Origin: Nitrospinota bacterium
Lineage (GTDB): Bacteria > UBA8248
Assembly: GCA_030754595.1 (NCBI GenBank)
Contig: JASLZZ010000082.1
Location: 1-17,369, forward strand
Reading direction: 5' to 3'
DNA: 17,369 bases
This document shows positions 1 to 7,738 of this stretch, in pieces (positions within the stretch are counted from its first letter, which is position 1; the number at the start of each line of letters is the position of its first letter). Below the pieces are notes generated by a model, which saw only the letters and a program-made list of their open reading frames with translations, made no database searches and was not told the origin of the DNA. The position numbers and the translations under genes were made by a program.

Positions 1-102
1 GCCCGTGTCGGAGCTGATCTTCGCACCCTGGAAATCAATCATGATGGATCGGTCGAAGCTGGGCCGAAGGGCTTCTTTTTGGCTGCCACCATCTCCGGGC
101 AT
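1..102 (-). mobile_element. IS1380-family transposase, N-terminal 34 aa (runs off the left edge)
   Basis: Manual minus-strand translation from ATG at 102 gives MPGDGGSQKEALRPSFDRSIMIDFQGAKISSDTG, matching the IS1380 N-terminal pattern (F-D-R-x-x-x-x-x-F-x-G-x-x-(I/V)-(T/S)-S-D-x-G). A GAGAGG RBS lies just upstream. Not in the ORF track because it is partial. The element's terminal repeat could not be located. Confidence 0.8.
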
Positions 103-134
103 CTGATATCCTCTCGCTCGGGCGATTTTGGCCA

Positions 135-143
135 ATTATATCA
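135..143 (-). promoter_or_regulatory. Extended -10 promoter (TGnTATAAT) for the IS1380 transposase
   Basis: The minus strand reads TGATATAAT at 143..135, about 33 nt upstream of the transposase ATG, within an AT-rich patch. Confidence 0.55.
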
Positions 144-251
144 TATGGTTACAGAGATTCTAGCCTCTTTTTGCTCCGTCCCGCCGCATAATGTGGATAA
201 AATTCTCTTTTTTCCGCAGGAAATTCCCCTTTTGGGGGTAAAATCCCGCTT

Positions 252-279
252 TTCACAATGCACCCGTTCTATGTATAAT
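252..279 (+). promoter_or_regulatory. Sigma70-type promoter upstream of the aminotransferase operon
   Basis: TTCACA (252-257), a 16-bp spacer, then TATAAT (274-279). Confidence 0.55.
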
Positions 280-314
280 GATAAGGCGTAATTGAGAGGA
301 AGCGATTTTGCGGG

Positions 315-360
315 TGCGGCTGATCTCGTTCGAAGCGGGTTCGGCCGCATTTTCTTGTTT
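315..360 (+). terminator. Terminator-like hairpin in the 5' leader of the aminotransferase gene
   Basis: TGCGGCTGA (315-323) pairs with TCGGCCGCA (341-349) with one G-U, has partial inner pairing, and is followed by TTTTCTTGTTT. Confidence 0.4.
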
Positions 361-383
361 CGAACCAACAAAGGTGAAGAGCG

Positions 384-1307
384 ATGGAGAGCGAGCGGGT
401 ACTTTATCTGAACGGCGAGATCGTCAAGGAGTCCCAGGCGAGGATATCCCCGTTCGATCGTGGTTTTCTCTGGGGAGACGGGGTGTACGAGGTGACGCCC
501 GATTTCGGCGGCAGCCTCTACAGGCTCGGCGATCACATCGACCGGCTCTACCGGTCGCTCCGCTACGTGCGGATCGACCCCGGCATGAGCCCGGAGGAGA
601 TGGAGCGGGCGACGCTGGACACCCAGAAGGGGAACGAGGGACGGCTCGAGCAGGGCGGAATGTACCGGGTGGGGCACTGGGTGACGCGGGGGGTGGACGA
701 TCCTTCCATGGCGGCCGGCGCGGCGTCGCGGGCGACGGTGCTTATTTTCTGGCGCCCGGTCGATGTGGAGGCGGTCGCCCGGAACGCGAAGTCGGGCGTC
801 CGTCTCGCGGTGACCGCCACGCGGCGAAACCCGCCCGAGTGCGTGGAAACGCGCGCCAAGGTCACGAGCAAGATGAACCAGATCCTCGCCGAACTCGACG
901 TGGCGGCGAGCGGTTCGCTCTCGCTCATGCTCGATATCCACGGGAATGTCGCCGAAAACTCGGTCTCGAATTTTTTCATCGTCCGGGACGGGGCCCTGTG
1001 GACGCCGCCCGAGCGGAACATTCTTCTGGGCGTGACGCGTAAGGCGGTGTTCGAGCTGGCCGCGCGGCTGGGCATTCAGGCCGTTGAGCGCGACTTCACG
1101 ATGTACGACGTGGCGCAGGCGGACGAGTATTTCATCACCTCGAGCGTCATCTGCGCGATGCCGGTGAGGGAGGTGGACAGCTTCCGTCCCAAGGCGGGGG
1201 TGCCTGGCCCGGTGACCCGGCGGCTGATAGACGCTTTCGCCGAGGATACGGGTTTTGATTACAGGGCTCATCTGGTTTCGGCGGCGGGCGAGCGCCCGCG
1301 GGATTGA
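384..1307 (+). CDS. PLP-dependent aminotransferase class IV (D-amino-acid/branched-chain aminotransferase, ADC-lyase fold)
   Basis: Motifs: YLNGEIV, FDRGFLWGDGVYE, a catalytic Lys candidate in RAKVT, ENSVSNFF, ILLGVTR, ADEYFITSS and PGPVTRRL. Confidence 0.93.
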   Translation: MESERVLYLNGEIVKESQARISPFDRGFLWGDGVYEVTPDFGGSLYRLGDHIDRLYRSLRYVRIDPGMSPEEMERATLDTQKGNEGRLEQGGMYRVGHWVTRGVDDPSMAAGAASRATVLIFWRPVDVEAVARNAKSGVRLAVTATRRNPPECVETRAKVTSKMNQILAELDVAASGSLSLMLDIHGNVAENSVSNFFIVRDGALWTPPERNILLGVTRKAVFELAARLGIQAVERDFTMYDVAQADEYFITSSVICAMPVREVDSFRPKAGVPGPVTRRLIDAFAEDTGFDYRAHLVSAAGERPRD

Positions 1308-1382
1308 TTCGGGGCGGGGTTGATTCGATATCGCGCTTCGCCCGAAAACGCGCGGAAAAACTGAAACGGAAGAGAGGTCGCG

Positions 1383-1865
1383 ATGCCGGCATTTTATACG
1401 ACGAAAGCCAGCCTGGATCTAATGAGAGAGAAGGTCGAGGGGATTCAACACCGCCTGAAGACCGAGGTGGCCCAGGAACTCGCCAAGGCGGCGGATTACG
1501 GAGACTTGAGCGAAAACTCCGAGTGGGAGGCCGCGCTGGAGATGCAATCCAATCTTAAGCACGAGGCGGGCAAGCTGATGGGCAAGATACAGGAAGCCGA
1601 GCTGATCGAGGATCTGCCCATCGCCGGCGACCGAGTGACGATCGGCACCGAGGTGACGCTCTTCGATCTCGACAAGGACGAGGAGTTGACCTACAAAATA
1701 CTCGGCGAGCAGGAAAGCGACTTCCAGAACGGAATCCTGTCATTTCAGGCGCCGCTCGTGCGCGGTTTGATGCAAAAAGAGCCGGGCGACGAAGTGCAGG
1801 TCAAGCTCCCGAGCGGCACGCGGAATTTTGAAATCGTCGACGTGAAAAAAATCGAATTCCCTTGA
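1383..1865 (+). CDS. greA: Transcription elongation factor GreA (Gre family)
   Basis: GDLSENSEW motif with the acidic tip residues intact, and C-terminal GILSFQAPLVRGLMQKEPGDEV; 160 aa; GAGAGG RBS. Confidence 0.9.
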   Translation: MPAFYTTKASLDLMREKVEGIQHRLKTEVAQELAKAADYGDLSENSEWEAALEMQSNLKHEAGKLMGKIQEAELIEDLPIAGDRVTIGTEVTLFDLDKDEELTYKILGEQESDFQNGILSFQAPLVRGLMQKEPGDEVQVKLPSGTRNFEIVDVKKIEFP

Positions 1866-1869
1866 TCAA

Positions 1870-2673
1870 ATGAGACGGCCGGACCTGAGCGATCGCCTTC
1901 TCGCCTACCTCTTTTTCGCGGCCGCCGTCATTCTCGTCGCATGGTTCGCATATCTTCCAGGCCTGGCCCCGGCCTGGCGGCTCCCGGGCAGCCCGCAGCT
2001 CTACCGGTTCGGCCTCGCGGGCTCTTTTCTTTTGTTGGTCTCGCTCTTTTTCGTCCTCGCCAAGCGAACGCGGTGGGGCGGCTCCCCGGTCCGTTGGTTT
2101 TCGGCCCATATCGTGGCGGCTTTGGCGGGCGGCGTGTTGGTGGCGATTCATTCGGCGGGCCGCCTGCGCTACGCGCCGGCGCTTTTGCTTCTCGCCCTGG
2201 CGGCGCTTGCGGCGCTGGGTGTGTGGGCGCGCATTCAGCTTTCCCGGCGGATGTCCGCCACCTTCGCCGAAAAACACGAGAGCTTCGGTTTCATCAGGAA
2301 TGTCTCCGCCGGGGAAGCCCTCGCCGGGGACGAGGACCGGGAGCGCCTCGGGGCTCTCATCCGGAAAAAAGAGAGTCTTCTCGCGCGCCTTGAGCCCGGG
2401 GCCGGGGAGGGGACATTCTCGTTCACCCCGTCGCTCTGGCTGGCGCACCCGGTGTTGGCGGCGGCCTACGCCCGCCTCGTCAGGGAGGAGAGCGCCATCC
2501 TCGGCGTCCGGGAAAAAGTTCCAGCCGCGCAGGCCCACTGGCGTAGGCTTCATTTGACGCTGGCGGCGATCTTCGTCCTGGGGCTGATCGGCCACGTCGT
2601 CGTGGTCACCCTCTTCGCCGGCTACGTCTCGGGAGGGGAGGAGATATACTGGTGGCATCTCGCCGCATGGTGA
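1870..2673 (+). CDS. Integral membrane protein, putative di-haem b / ferric-reductase-like anchor
   Basis: About five hydrophobic helices; two of them each carry an H-x13-H pair (H80/H94 and H228/H242). Starts 4 nt after greA and lies directly upstream of the Mo enzyme. The CDS is well supported; the function is inferred. Confidence 0.7.
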   Translation: MRRPDLSDRLLAYLFFAAAVILVAWFAYLPGLAPAWRLPGSPQLYRFGLAGSFLLLVSLFFVLAKRTRWGGSPVRWFSAHIVAALAGGVLVAIHSAGRLRYAPALLLLALAALAALGVWARIQLSRRMSATFAEKHESFGFIRNVSAGEALAGDEDRERLGALIRKKESLLARLEPGAGEGTFSFTPSLWLAHPVLAAAYARLVREESAILGVREKVPAAQAHWRRLHLTLAAIFVLGLIGHVVVVTLFAGYVSGGEEIYWWHLAAW

Positions 2674-2746
2674 TTTGATCCGGATTTCAAGCTTCAAGCC
2701 TCGGGCCTGTGGCCCCCGGGCCGCCGACTCCGAGACGGGGGATTCC

Positions 2747-5722
2747 GTGAATCCGCTTTCCCTGATGATCGATCTCGAGCGGTGCTTCGGCTGCAAGAGT
2801 TGCGAGGCGGCCTGCAAGCAGGAGCACCGTCTCGGCCCGGCCGAGTACCGGACGAAGGTCGTCTGGCTGGACGATGCCTCGGGCGGGGGATTCGATTTCC
2901 TCACCCTGACCTGCCAGCACTGCGAGCGCCCCGCCTGCCTCCGGGCCTGTCCGGTGAACCCGGCCGCCATCTCAAAAAACCCCCTGACCGGGATCGTCGA
3001 GGTCAGGGAGGAGAGCTGCACGGGCTGCGGGGAGTGCGTCATCGCCTGCCCCTACAGCGCGATGGGATACGACCCGGTGGGACATCACGCCGTGAAGTGC
3101 GATTTGTGCCCGGACCGGAGGGAGGCCGGCCTCGAACCCGCCTGCGCGAGTATCTGCCCCGGCCACGCGATCCACTTCGGCGCGCGGGATGAACTCCTCG
3201 AGCGGGCCCGTCGCGAGGAGCGCGGCATCCGCGACCACGATCATTTCCTGCTCAAACCTCAGACCATCTACCTTGAGCGCCTGCGCAACGGAAACGGGGA
3301 GACTCATCCCCCTGCCGGTTTCGGTGTGCGTCCCGCCTTCGCCGATGCGCCGGGGGCCAAAAAAATATTCGTAGAAAAGAGTGCGAGTTTCCCCTACGGG
3401 GAGGAGCGGGAAGCCGCCGAGGTGGACCGGATTGAGCCGGGCGGGTGCAACATCTGCTTCAACTGCTGCAGCGTGAATTTTCACTTCCGGGGCGAGGAGC
3501 TGGTGAAGATCACCGGCAACGCCGAGGACCCGGTCCTGAAGGGGAGGCTCTGCCCCAAGGCGCAGATGACGCTCCAGATGTACCACAGCGAGCACCGCCT
3601 CACCCGGCCGCTCAAGCGCATCGGCAATAGAGGCGAGGGCGAGTTCGAGCCCATCGGCTGGGAGCAGGCCCTGGACGAGATCGCCGAAAAGCTTGAAAAA
3701 ATCCGCCTGAAATGGGGGCCCGAAGCCCTCGGCATGTACATCGGGACCCGGACGGGGCTGCTCACCAAGAGCGGCTACACGCGGCTCTTCGCCCAGATGT
3801 GGGGGACGCCCAACGTCGCGGGTACGGACCCGTTTTGCGCCACCGGGAAATCCATCGCCTACGAACTCACCCAGGGCGCGGTCGGCAGCGGCAACTCCTA
3901 CACCCCCGGCGACCTGGGCAGCGCCGGGATGTACCTCTACATCGGCGACAACCAGGCCGAAACGCGCCCCGTGTATTTCGGGATGATCAACGACTGGCGC
4001 ATCAAGAACCGCGCCCGGATGGTGGTCGTCGATCCCCGGTGCACGGTCACGGCCTCGAAGGCGGACAGCTGGCTGCCCATCCGGGCGGGGACGGATATGG
4101 CGCTCGCGCTCGCGCTGACCCACGAGATTTTATCCCGCGATCTTCACGACCGGAAATTCTGCGAGGAGTGGGCGCTGGGCTGGGAGCGGTGGCGCGATTT
4201 TATTTTCGAGAAGGGGTATACGCCCGAGTGGGCGGAGCCGCTGACCGGGATTCCCGCCGGGGATATCCGCGCGCTGGCCGCCGATATCGCCCGCGCCGAC
4301 GGCTGCGTCATCTTCGGCAGCCGGGGCCTGAACCAGCACACCAACGCCACACAGACCAACCGCGCGCTGATGTTCCTCGCCGCCATCACGGGCAACTGGG
4401 GCCGGAGGGGCGGCGCCTACTTCAACATGACGGCGGGCCCGCCCATTGCGCCGGACGCGCCGCCCGGCCGCCGGGCGCGGATCGAGCGGCCCCGGATTCG
4501 CCTGAGTCCGGCCGGGTGGATCGAGGCCATGCGCGGGGGCGCGCCCTATCCGCTGCGCGCGCTGATCTCCTGCAACAACCCGATGGCCCAGTGGCCGGGC
4601 CAGGCCGCCGCGCGGGAGGCTTTCGCCGGCCTTGAACTGATGGTCCATATCGAACTGTTCGCCAACGAGACCTCCGCCTTCGCGGATTATGTGCTTCCCG
4701 CCGCCGGAGGGATCGAGAAGGGTGAAATCGGGCGGGCGAACGATGACCGCCGCATCGTCTGGATCGAAAAGCTCATCGACCCGCCGGGGGAGGCGAAGCC
4801 GGACGGCTGGATCTGGATTGAGTTGGCCCGGCGGCTGGGCTACGGGGATGTGCTCAAGGAGGAGTACAAGGACCCCCGCGTATTCTGGGACGAGGTGTGC
4901 ATCCGGAACGACCACCTCCGGGGCGTCACCCAGAAGCGGCTTCACTCGGTCCCCTACCGCTGGGTGCGCTTTCCGGTGGCGAGCGAAGACGCCCCCGAGG
5001 AGGAAACCCTCTACCTCGAGGGAACCACGGCGGTGGGCTGGCCCGAGGGCCACCGCTTCCCGACCCCGAGCGGGAGGCTCGAGTTCTGGACCGAGGCGAT
5101 GGAGGAAAAATTCAAAGCCCTCGGCCTCTCGGCGCTGCCGGAGTTTTACAGCGACACTGAACAGCTTTTGGAAATGCCCTACGTGGTGTCCGAACACGGG
5201 GACGCGGAAATAGGTGTGATCTCGCCCTTCCACAAGGGCGCTCCGACTGGGGTCTCACGCTGCCGGATCGTCGCACCGGTCGCACCGGTCGCACCGATCG
5301 CACCGGGCGGTGATGATGGAGTAAGCCCCGGCGCCGCGCTGCGCGCGCGCGGCTTCGACACTGAACTGATCACGGGCCGCCCTCCCGCGCCCCACTTTCA
5401 TAGCTGGACCCATTATTTCTGGCAGGCCCAGGAGATGTGGCCGGACCTTTACTGCCAGATACATCCCGTACGGGCCGGGCGGTTGGGAGTGTCGGACGGC
5501 GACCGGATGCGGGTGGAGACCCCGCGCGGGAGCATCGAGGCGATGGCCTGGGTGAGCGCGGGAATCCGCGAGACGGCGGTGTTCATCCCCATCGGCTGGG
5601 GCGAGCGGCAGCCTTACCATCCCTGGCGGCCGGTCAACTTCCTGACCGACAAGGACCAGCGCGACCCGGTTTCGGACCAGACGAATTTGAAGAGCCTGCT
5701 CTGCCGAGTGTCGAAATATTGA
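2747..5722 (+). CDS. DMSO-reductase-family (bis-MGD) molybdopterin oxidoreductase with a fused N-terminal four-cluster ferredoxin
   Basis: The N-terminus has four Cys groups (CFGCKSCEAAC, CQHCERPACLRACP, CTGCGECVIACP, CDLC...PACASICP). These are followed by the FS0 motif CNICFNC...GRLCPK, RLTRPLKR, WEQALDEIA, VVVDPR, PIRAGTD, ADYVLPA, FPTPSGRLEF and a domain IV region (LITGR...IHP...GDRMRVETPRG). The likely start is GTG 2747 with a GGGGGA RBS; the ORF track extends to TTG 2675. Confidence 0.92.
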   Translation: MNPLSLMIDLERCFGCKSCEAACKQEHRLGPAEYRTKVVWLDDASGGGFDFLTLTCQHCERPACLRACPVNPAAISKNPLTGIVEVREESCTGCGECVIACPYSAMGYDPVGHHAVKCDLCPDRREAGLEPACASICPGHAIHFGARDELLERARREERGIRDHDHFLLKPQTIYLERLRNGNGETHPPAGFGVRPAFADAPGAKKIFVEKSASFPYGEEREAAEVDRIEPGGCNICFNCCSVNFHFRGEELVKITGNAEDPVLKGRLCPKAQMTLQMYHSEHRLTRPLKRIGNRGEGEFEPIGWEQALDEIAEKLEKIRLKWGPEALGMYIGTRTGLLTKSGYTRLFAQMWGTPNVAGTDPFCATGKSIAYELTQGAVGSGNSYTPGDLGSAGMYLYIGDNQAETRPVYFGMINDWRIKNRARMVVVDPRCTVTASKADSWLPIRAGTDMALALALTHEILSRDLHDRKFCEEWALGWERWRDFIFEKGYTPEWAEPLTGIPAGDIRALAADIARADGCVIFGSRGLNQHTNATQTNRALMFLAAITGNWGRRGGAYFNMTAGPPIAPDAPPGRRARIERPRIRLSPAGWIEAMRGGAPYPLRALISCNNPMAQWPGQAAAREAFAGLELMVHIELFANETSAFADYVLPAAGGIEKGEIGRANDDRRIVWIEKLIDPPGEAKPDGWIWIELARRLGYGDVLKEEYKDPRVFWDEVCIRNDHLRGVTQKRLHSVPYRWVRFPVASEDAPEEETLYLEGTTAVGWPEGHRFPTPSGRLEFWTEAMEEKFKALGLSALPEFYSDTEQLLEMPYVVSEHGDAEIGVISPFHKGAPTGVSRCRIVAPVAPVAPIAPGGDDGVSPGAALRARGFDTELITGRPPAPHFHSWTHYFWQAQEMWPDLYCQIHPVRAGRLGVSDGDRMRVETPRGSIEAMAWVSAGIRETAVFIPIGWGERQPYHPWRPVNFLTDKDQRDPVSDQTNLKSLLCRVSKY
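5270..5305 (+). repeat. 9-bp tandem repeat (G/A)TCGCACCG x4, encoding VAPVAPVAPIAP
   Basis: Three exact GTCGCACCG units and one ATCGCACCG unit, in frame within the Mo enzyme. Confidence 0.9.
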
Positions 5723-5760
5723 GTATGGCGAAAAAGTTTTGAAATAAGTTTCAGCCCGCC

Positions 5761-6303
5761 CTACTCGATAGGGTCAGGCGCGACGGGAAGGCAAACCTCG
5801 GTCCTGAGCCCGGCTTCGGGGACTTCGCGCGGGTCGTTGAGGTAGCGCTCGACGACCGGCCCCGCTACCCGGCGGAAGCCGCCGTAGGGGAGCCATTCCT
5901 CCTCGATGCGCCGGAGTGTGTCGCCGATCCGGTCGTAGGCCCCCTTGTGAACCGCCCCGGCGTACCACCCGCCGGGCATTTCGATTTCGCTCAATCTCTC
6001 GGGCACGGGCGCGCCGGGCGGAATCGCCCGGCAGGCGGCGTAGCCCCCGTCTTCTTGACGAAGGCCGAAGGGCGCACCTGCGGTGAGCGTTCCTGCGGCG
6101 AGCGCGCCTGCGGCTGGCCAGCCGCCAGCTGGCCAGCTGCCGCAACGGGAGATCAGCCGCCCCCAGAGGCGGCCCGCAGCTTCGGTTGAGACCTCCGTCG
6201 ATACTTCGGTCGAAGCTTCGATCAAGACCTCGGCGCTCTCCCGGAGTCCCGCCCCGCGAACGGCCTCGCGCCGCTCGACCTTAACAATCAGTTTCACCGC
6301 CAC
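5761..6303 (-). CDS. GyrI-like small-molecule-binding domain protein
   Basis: C-terminal PGGWYA...HKGAYDRIGDT...EEWLP...VVERYLNDPREVPEAGLRTEVCLPV is typical of GyrI-like/AraC effector-binding domains. GTG start with an AGAGGGAG RBS; the N-terminal half is degenerate and repetitive. Confidence 0.82.
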   Translation of the reverse strand: MAVKLIVKVERREAVRGAGLRESAEVLIEASTEVSTEVSTEAAGRLWGRLISRCGSWPAGGWPAAGALAAGTLTAGAPFGLRQEDGGYAACRAIPPGAPVPERLSEIEMPGGWYAGAVHKGAYDRIGDTLRRIEEEWLPYGGFRRVAGPVVERYLNDPREVPEAGLRTEVCLPVAPDPIE

Positions 6304-6348
6304 GCTCTCCCTCTGGTGCGAACGCGGGTTCCGGAGCGAACGCGGGCC

Positions 6349-6711
6349 TCACCGGACGATGAGCAATCGCACCCCGGCCACGATGGCGACGAGGCCGACT
6401 GCGCGTCTGATGGCGATCCCTGGCAGATTCCGCAAAAAATAAGCTCCGATAAAGCCGCCGACGATCGCCCCGGCGGAGATGAGGACGGCGTATCGCCAGT
6501 TCATGTTTCCGTGGCGGATATTCTCGAACGAGGCGATGGAGGTGTTGGACAGCGAGGCCAGCATCGAGACCGCGACGACCTCCTGCGCCTTGATGCCGGG
6601 GATGAGAAACAGGGCGGGAACGGTGATGACGCCCCAGCCGACGCCTGTCGCGGCCTGAATCGTTCCCACCACGAGCCCGAGCACCAGTAAACCGATAGAC
6701 ATCAGATCCAA
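6349..6711 (-). CDS. Sulfite exporter TauE/SafE family membrane protein (half-size, about 4 TM)
   Basis: GTIQAATGVGWGVITVPAL and GAIVGGFIGAY motifs; 120 aa; GGGAG RBS. Confidence 0.82.
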   Translation of the reverse strand: MDLMSIGLLVLGLVVGTIQAATGVGWGVITVPALFLIPGIKAQEVVAVSMLASLSNTSIASFENIRHGNMNWRYAVLISAGAIVGGFIGAYFLRNLPGIAIRRAVGLVAIVAGVRLLIVR

Positions 6712-6767
6712 TGTAATCTCCCTTTGCTGTCGAAAAATGCCGAATCCCGCGCGCCGGTGGCGGCGGC

Positions 6768-7598
6768 CTAGGTGGGGAAGAATATGGCCGGAATCAGGGC
6801 CCGCGCCTTGGCGGTCTCGCCCTCGATGCGAAACGCGCCCGTGGCTTCCTTCGCGTCGATGTCGGCGCGCCCCGTCGCCATCAGGATCATATCGCTGGCC
6901 GGGGCGAACAGAGAGACGTCGAACTCACCCTCCGCCTCGCTCAAGGCGGAGGCCTTTTCGTTTTCGATGGACATCGCCCAGACGTGGCCCGTGTCGGTGG
7001 TCTCGAAGCGGAACCGGCCTTCGAGTTTGAGGTCGGGGTTCGTGTTGTAAATCATTGGAATCCGGAGGCGGAGGTTATCGGCGGCCTGATCGAGCACGGC
7101 CGGGTGAAGCGGCGCGCCGGGTTCGTTCAGGATGTCCCACTCGTGGAGGCTGAATTCGTAGATGCGCTGGATCACGAAATAGGGGATGGGCAGGATGCCG
7201 CGCCGGTGCCAGGCGGTTTTTTCGTAGTCCTTGGGGCCGAGCGACCTGAAAAGCGAGATGACCTTCCGCGTGTCCTCATCGAACCGATCCACGAGCGTGT
7301 CTCCATCGAGAGCGGCAATCTCGTCCATGATCGATGTACGAAGCGCCATGAACTCTTCGCGGTCGCTCGCGCCGAGAGGAAATCCGTGATTCCCCTCGAG
7401 CCCGTTTCCCACGGTCGATGCGTAAAACTGCGCCCCGAGGGTCAGGTGCCCCACAATCTGGGAGGCGTTCCAGTCCGGGCAATACGTCTCCTTCTTCCAG
7501 TCGTCCGCGCCGAGGGTCCTGAAATACGTGGCGAGGCGAACCCGCTCGCTGTCGATGGTCTCTATTGTCGAATACATCGTTTTTTCAAGCTGTTCCAT
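6768..7598 (-). CDS. Maleylpyruvate-isomerase (MDMPI/DinB-like) family metalloprotein with a C-terminal SCP2-like domain
   Basis: TYCPDWNASQIVGHL and RIYEFSLHEWDI supply the His...E-x3-H-x2-D metal site; the tail DMILMATGRAD...FRIEGE is SCP2-like. Confidence 0.82.
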   Translation of the reverse strand: MEQLEKTMYSTIETIDSERVRLATYFRTLGADDWKKETYCPDWNASQIVGHLTLGAQFYASTVGNGLEGNHGFPLGASDREEFMALRTSIMDEIAALDGDTLVDRFDEDTRKVISLFRSLGPKDYEKTAWHRRGILPIPYFVIQRIYEFSLHEWDILNEPGAPLHPAVLDQAADNLRLRIPMIYNTNPDLKLEGRFRFETTDTGHVWAMSIENEKASALSEAEGEFDVSLFAPASDMILMATGRADIDAKEATGAFRIEGETAKARALIPAIFFPT

Positions 7599-7738
7599 GA
7601 ATCCTCTCTGAGTTAAATCGGCTTTTTTTGAGCGCCGCCCCGGAATATTGCCGCTTTCGCCCGGTTGTGCGACCGTATGCGAATCATACTACATGGCGTG
7701 GCGGACGGACGAATTCAGTCAGCCGGGAGGAGGAAAAA

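Noticed and set aside
271..291. Mini-ORF MYNDKA as a leader peptide
   Set aside because: It begins upstream of and overlaps the predicted -10 box, so it would not be on that transcript; it has no RBS and no run of regulatory codons.
141..1271. Long antisense and alternative-frame ORFs (also 1801-3042, 2972-4123, 4130-5233, 8308-9846, 10795-11961, 11025-12206, 12218-13684)
   Set aside because: They overlap motif-supported genes, are Arg/Pro/Gly-rich with no recognisable motifs, and are expected shadows of high-GC codon usage.
6304..6351. TauE and GyrI-like ORFs are in frame and separated by a single UGA (possible selenocysteine or readthrough)
   Set aside because: There is no convincing SECIS hairpin, the UGA is at the natural end of the domain rather than at a Cys position, the downstream gene has its own RBS, and being in frame has a one-in-three chance.
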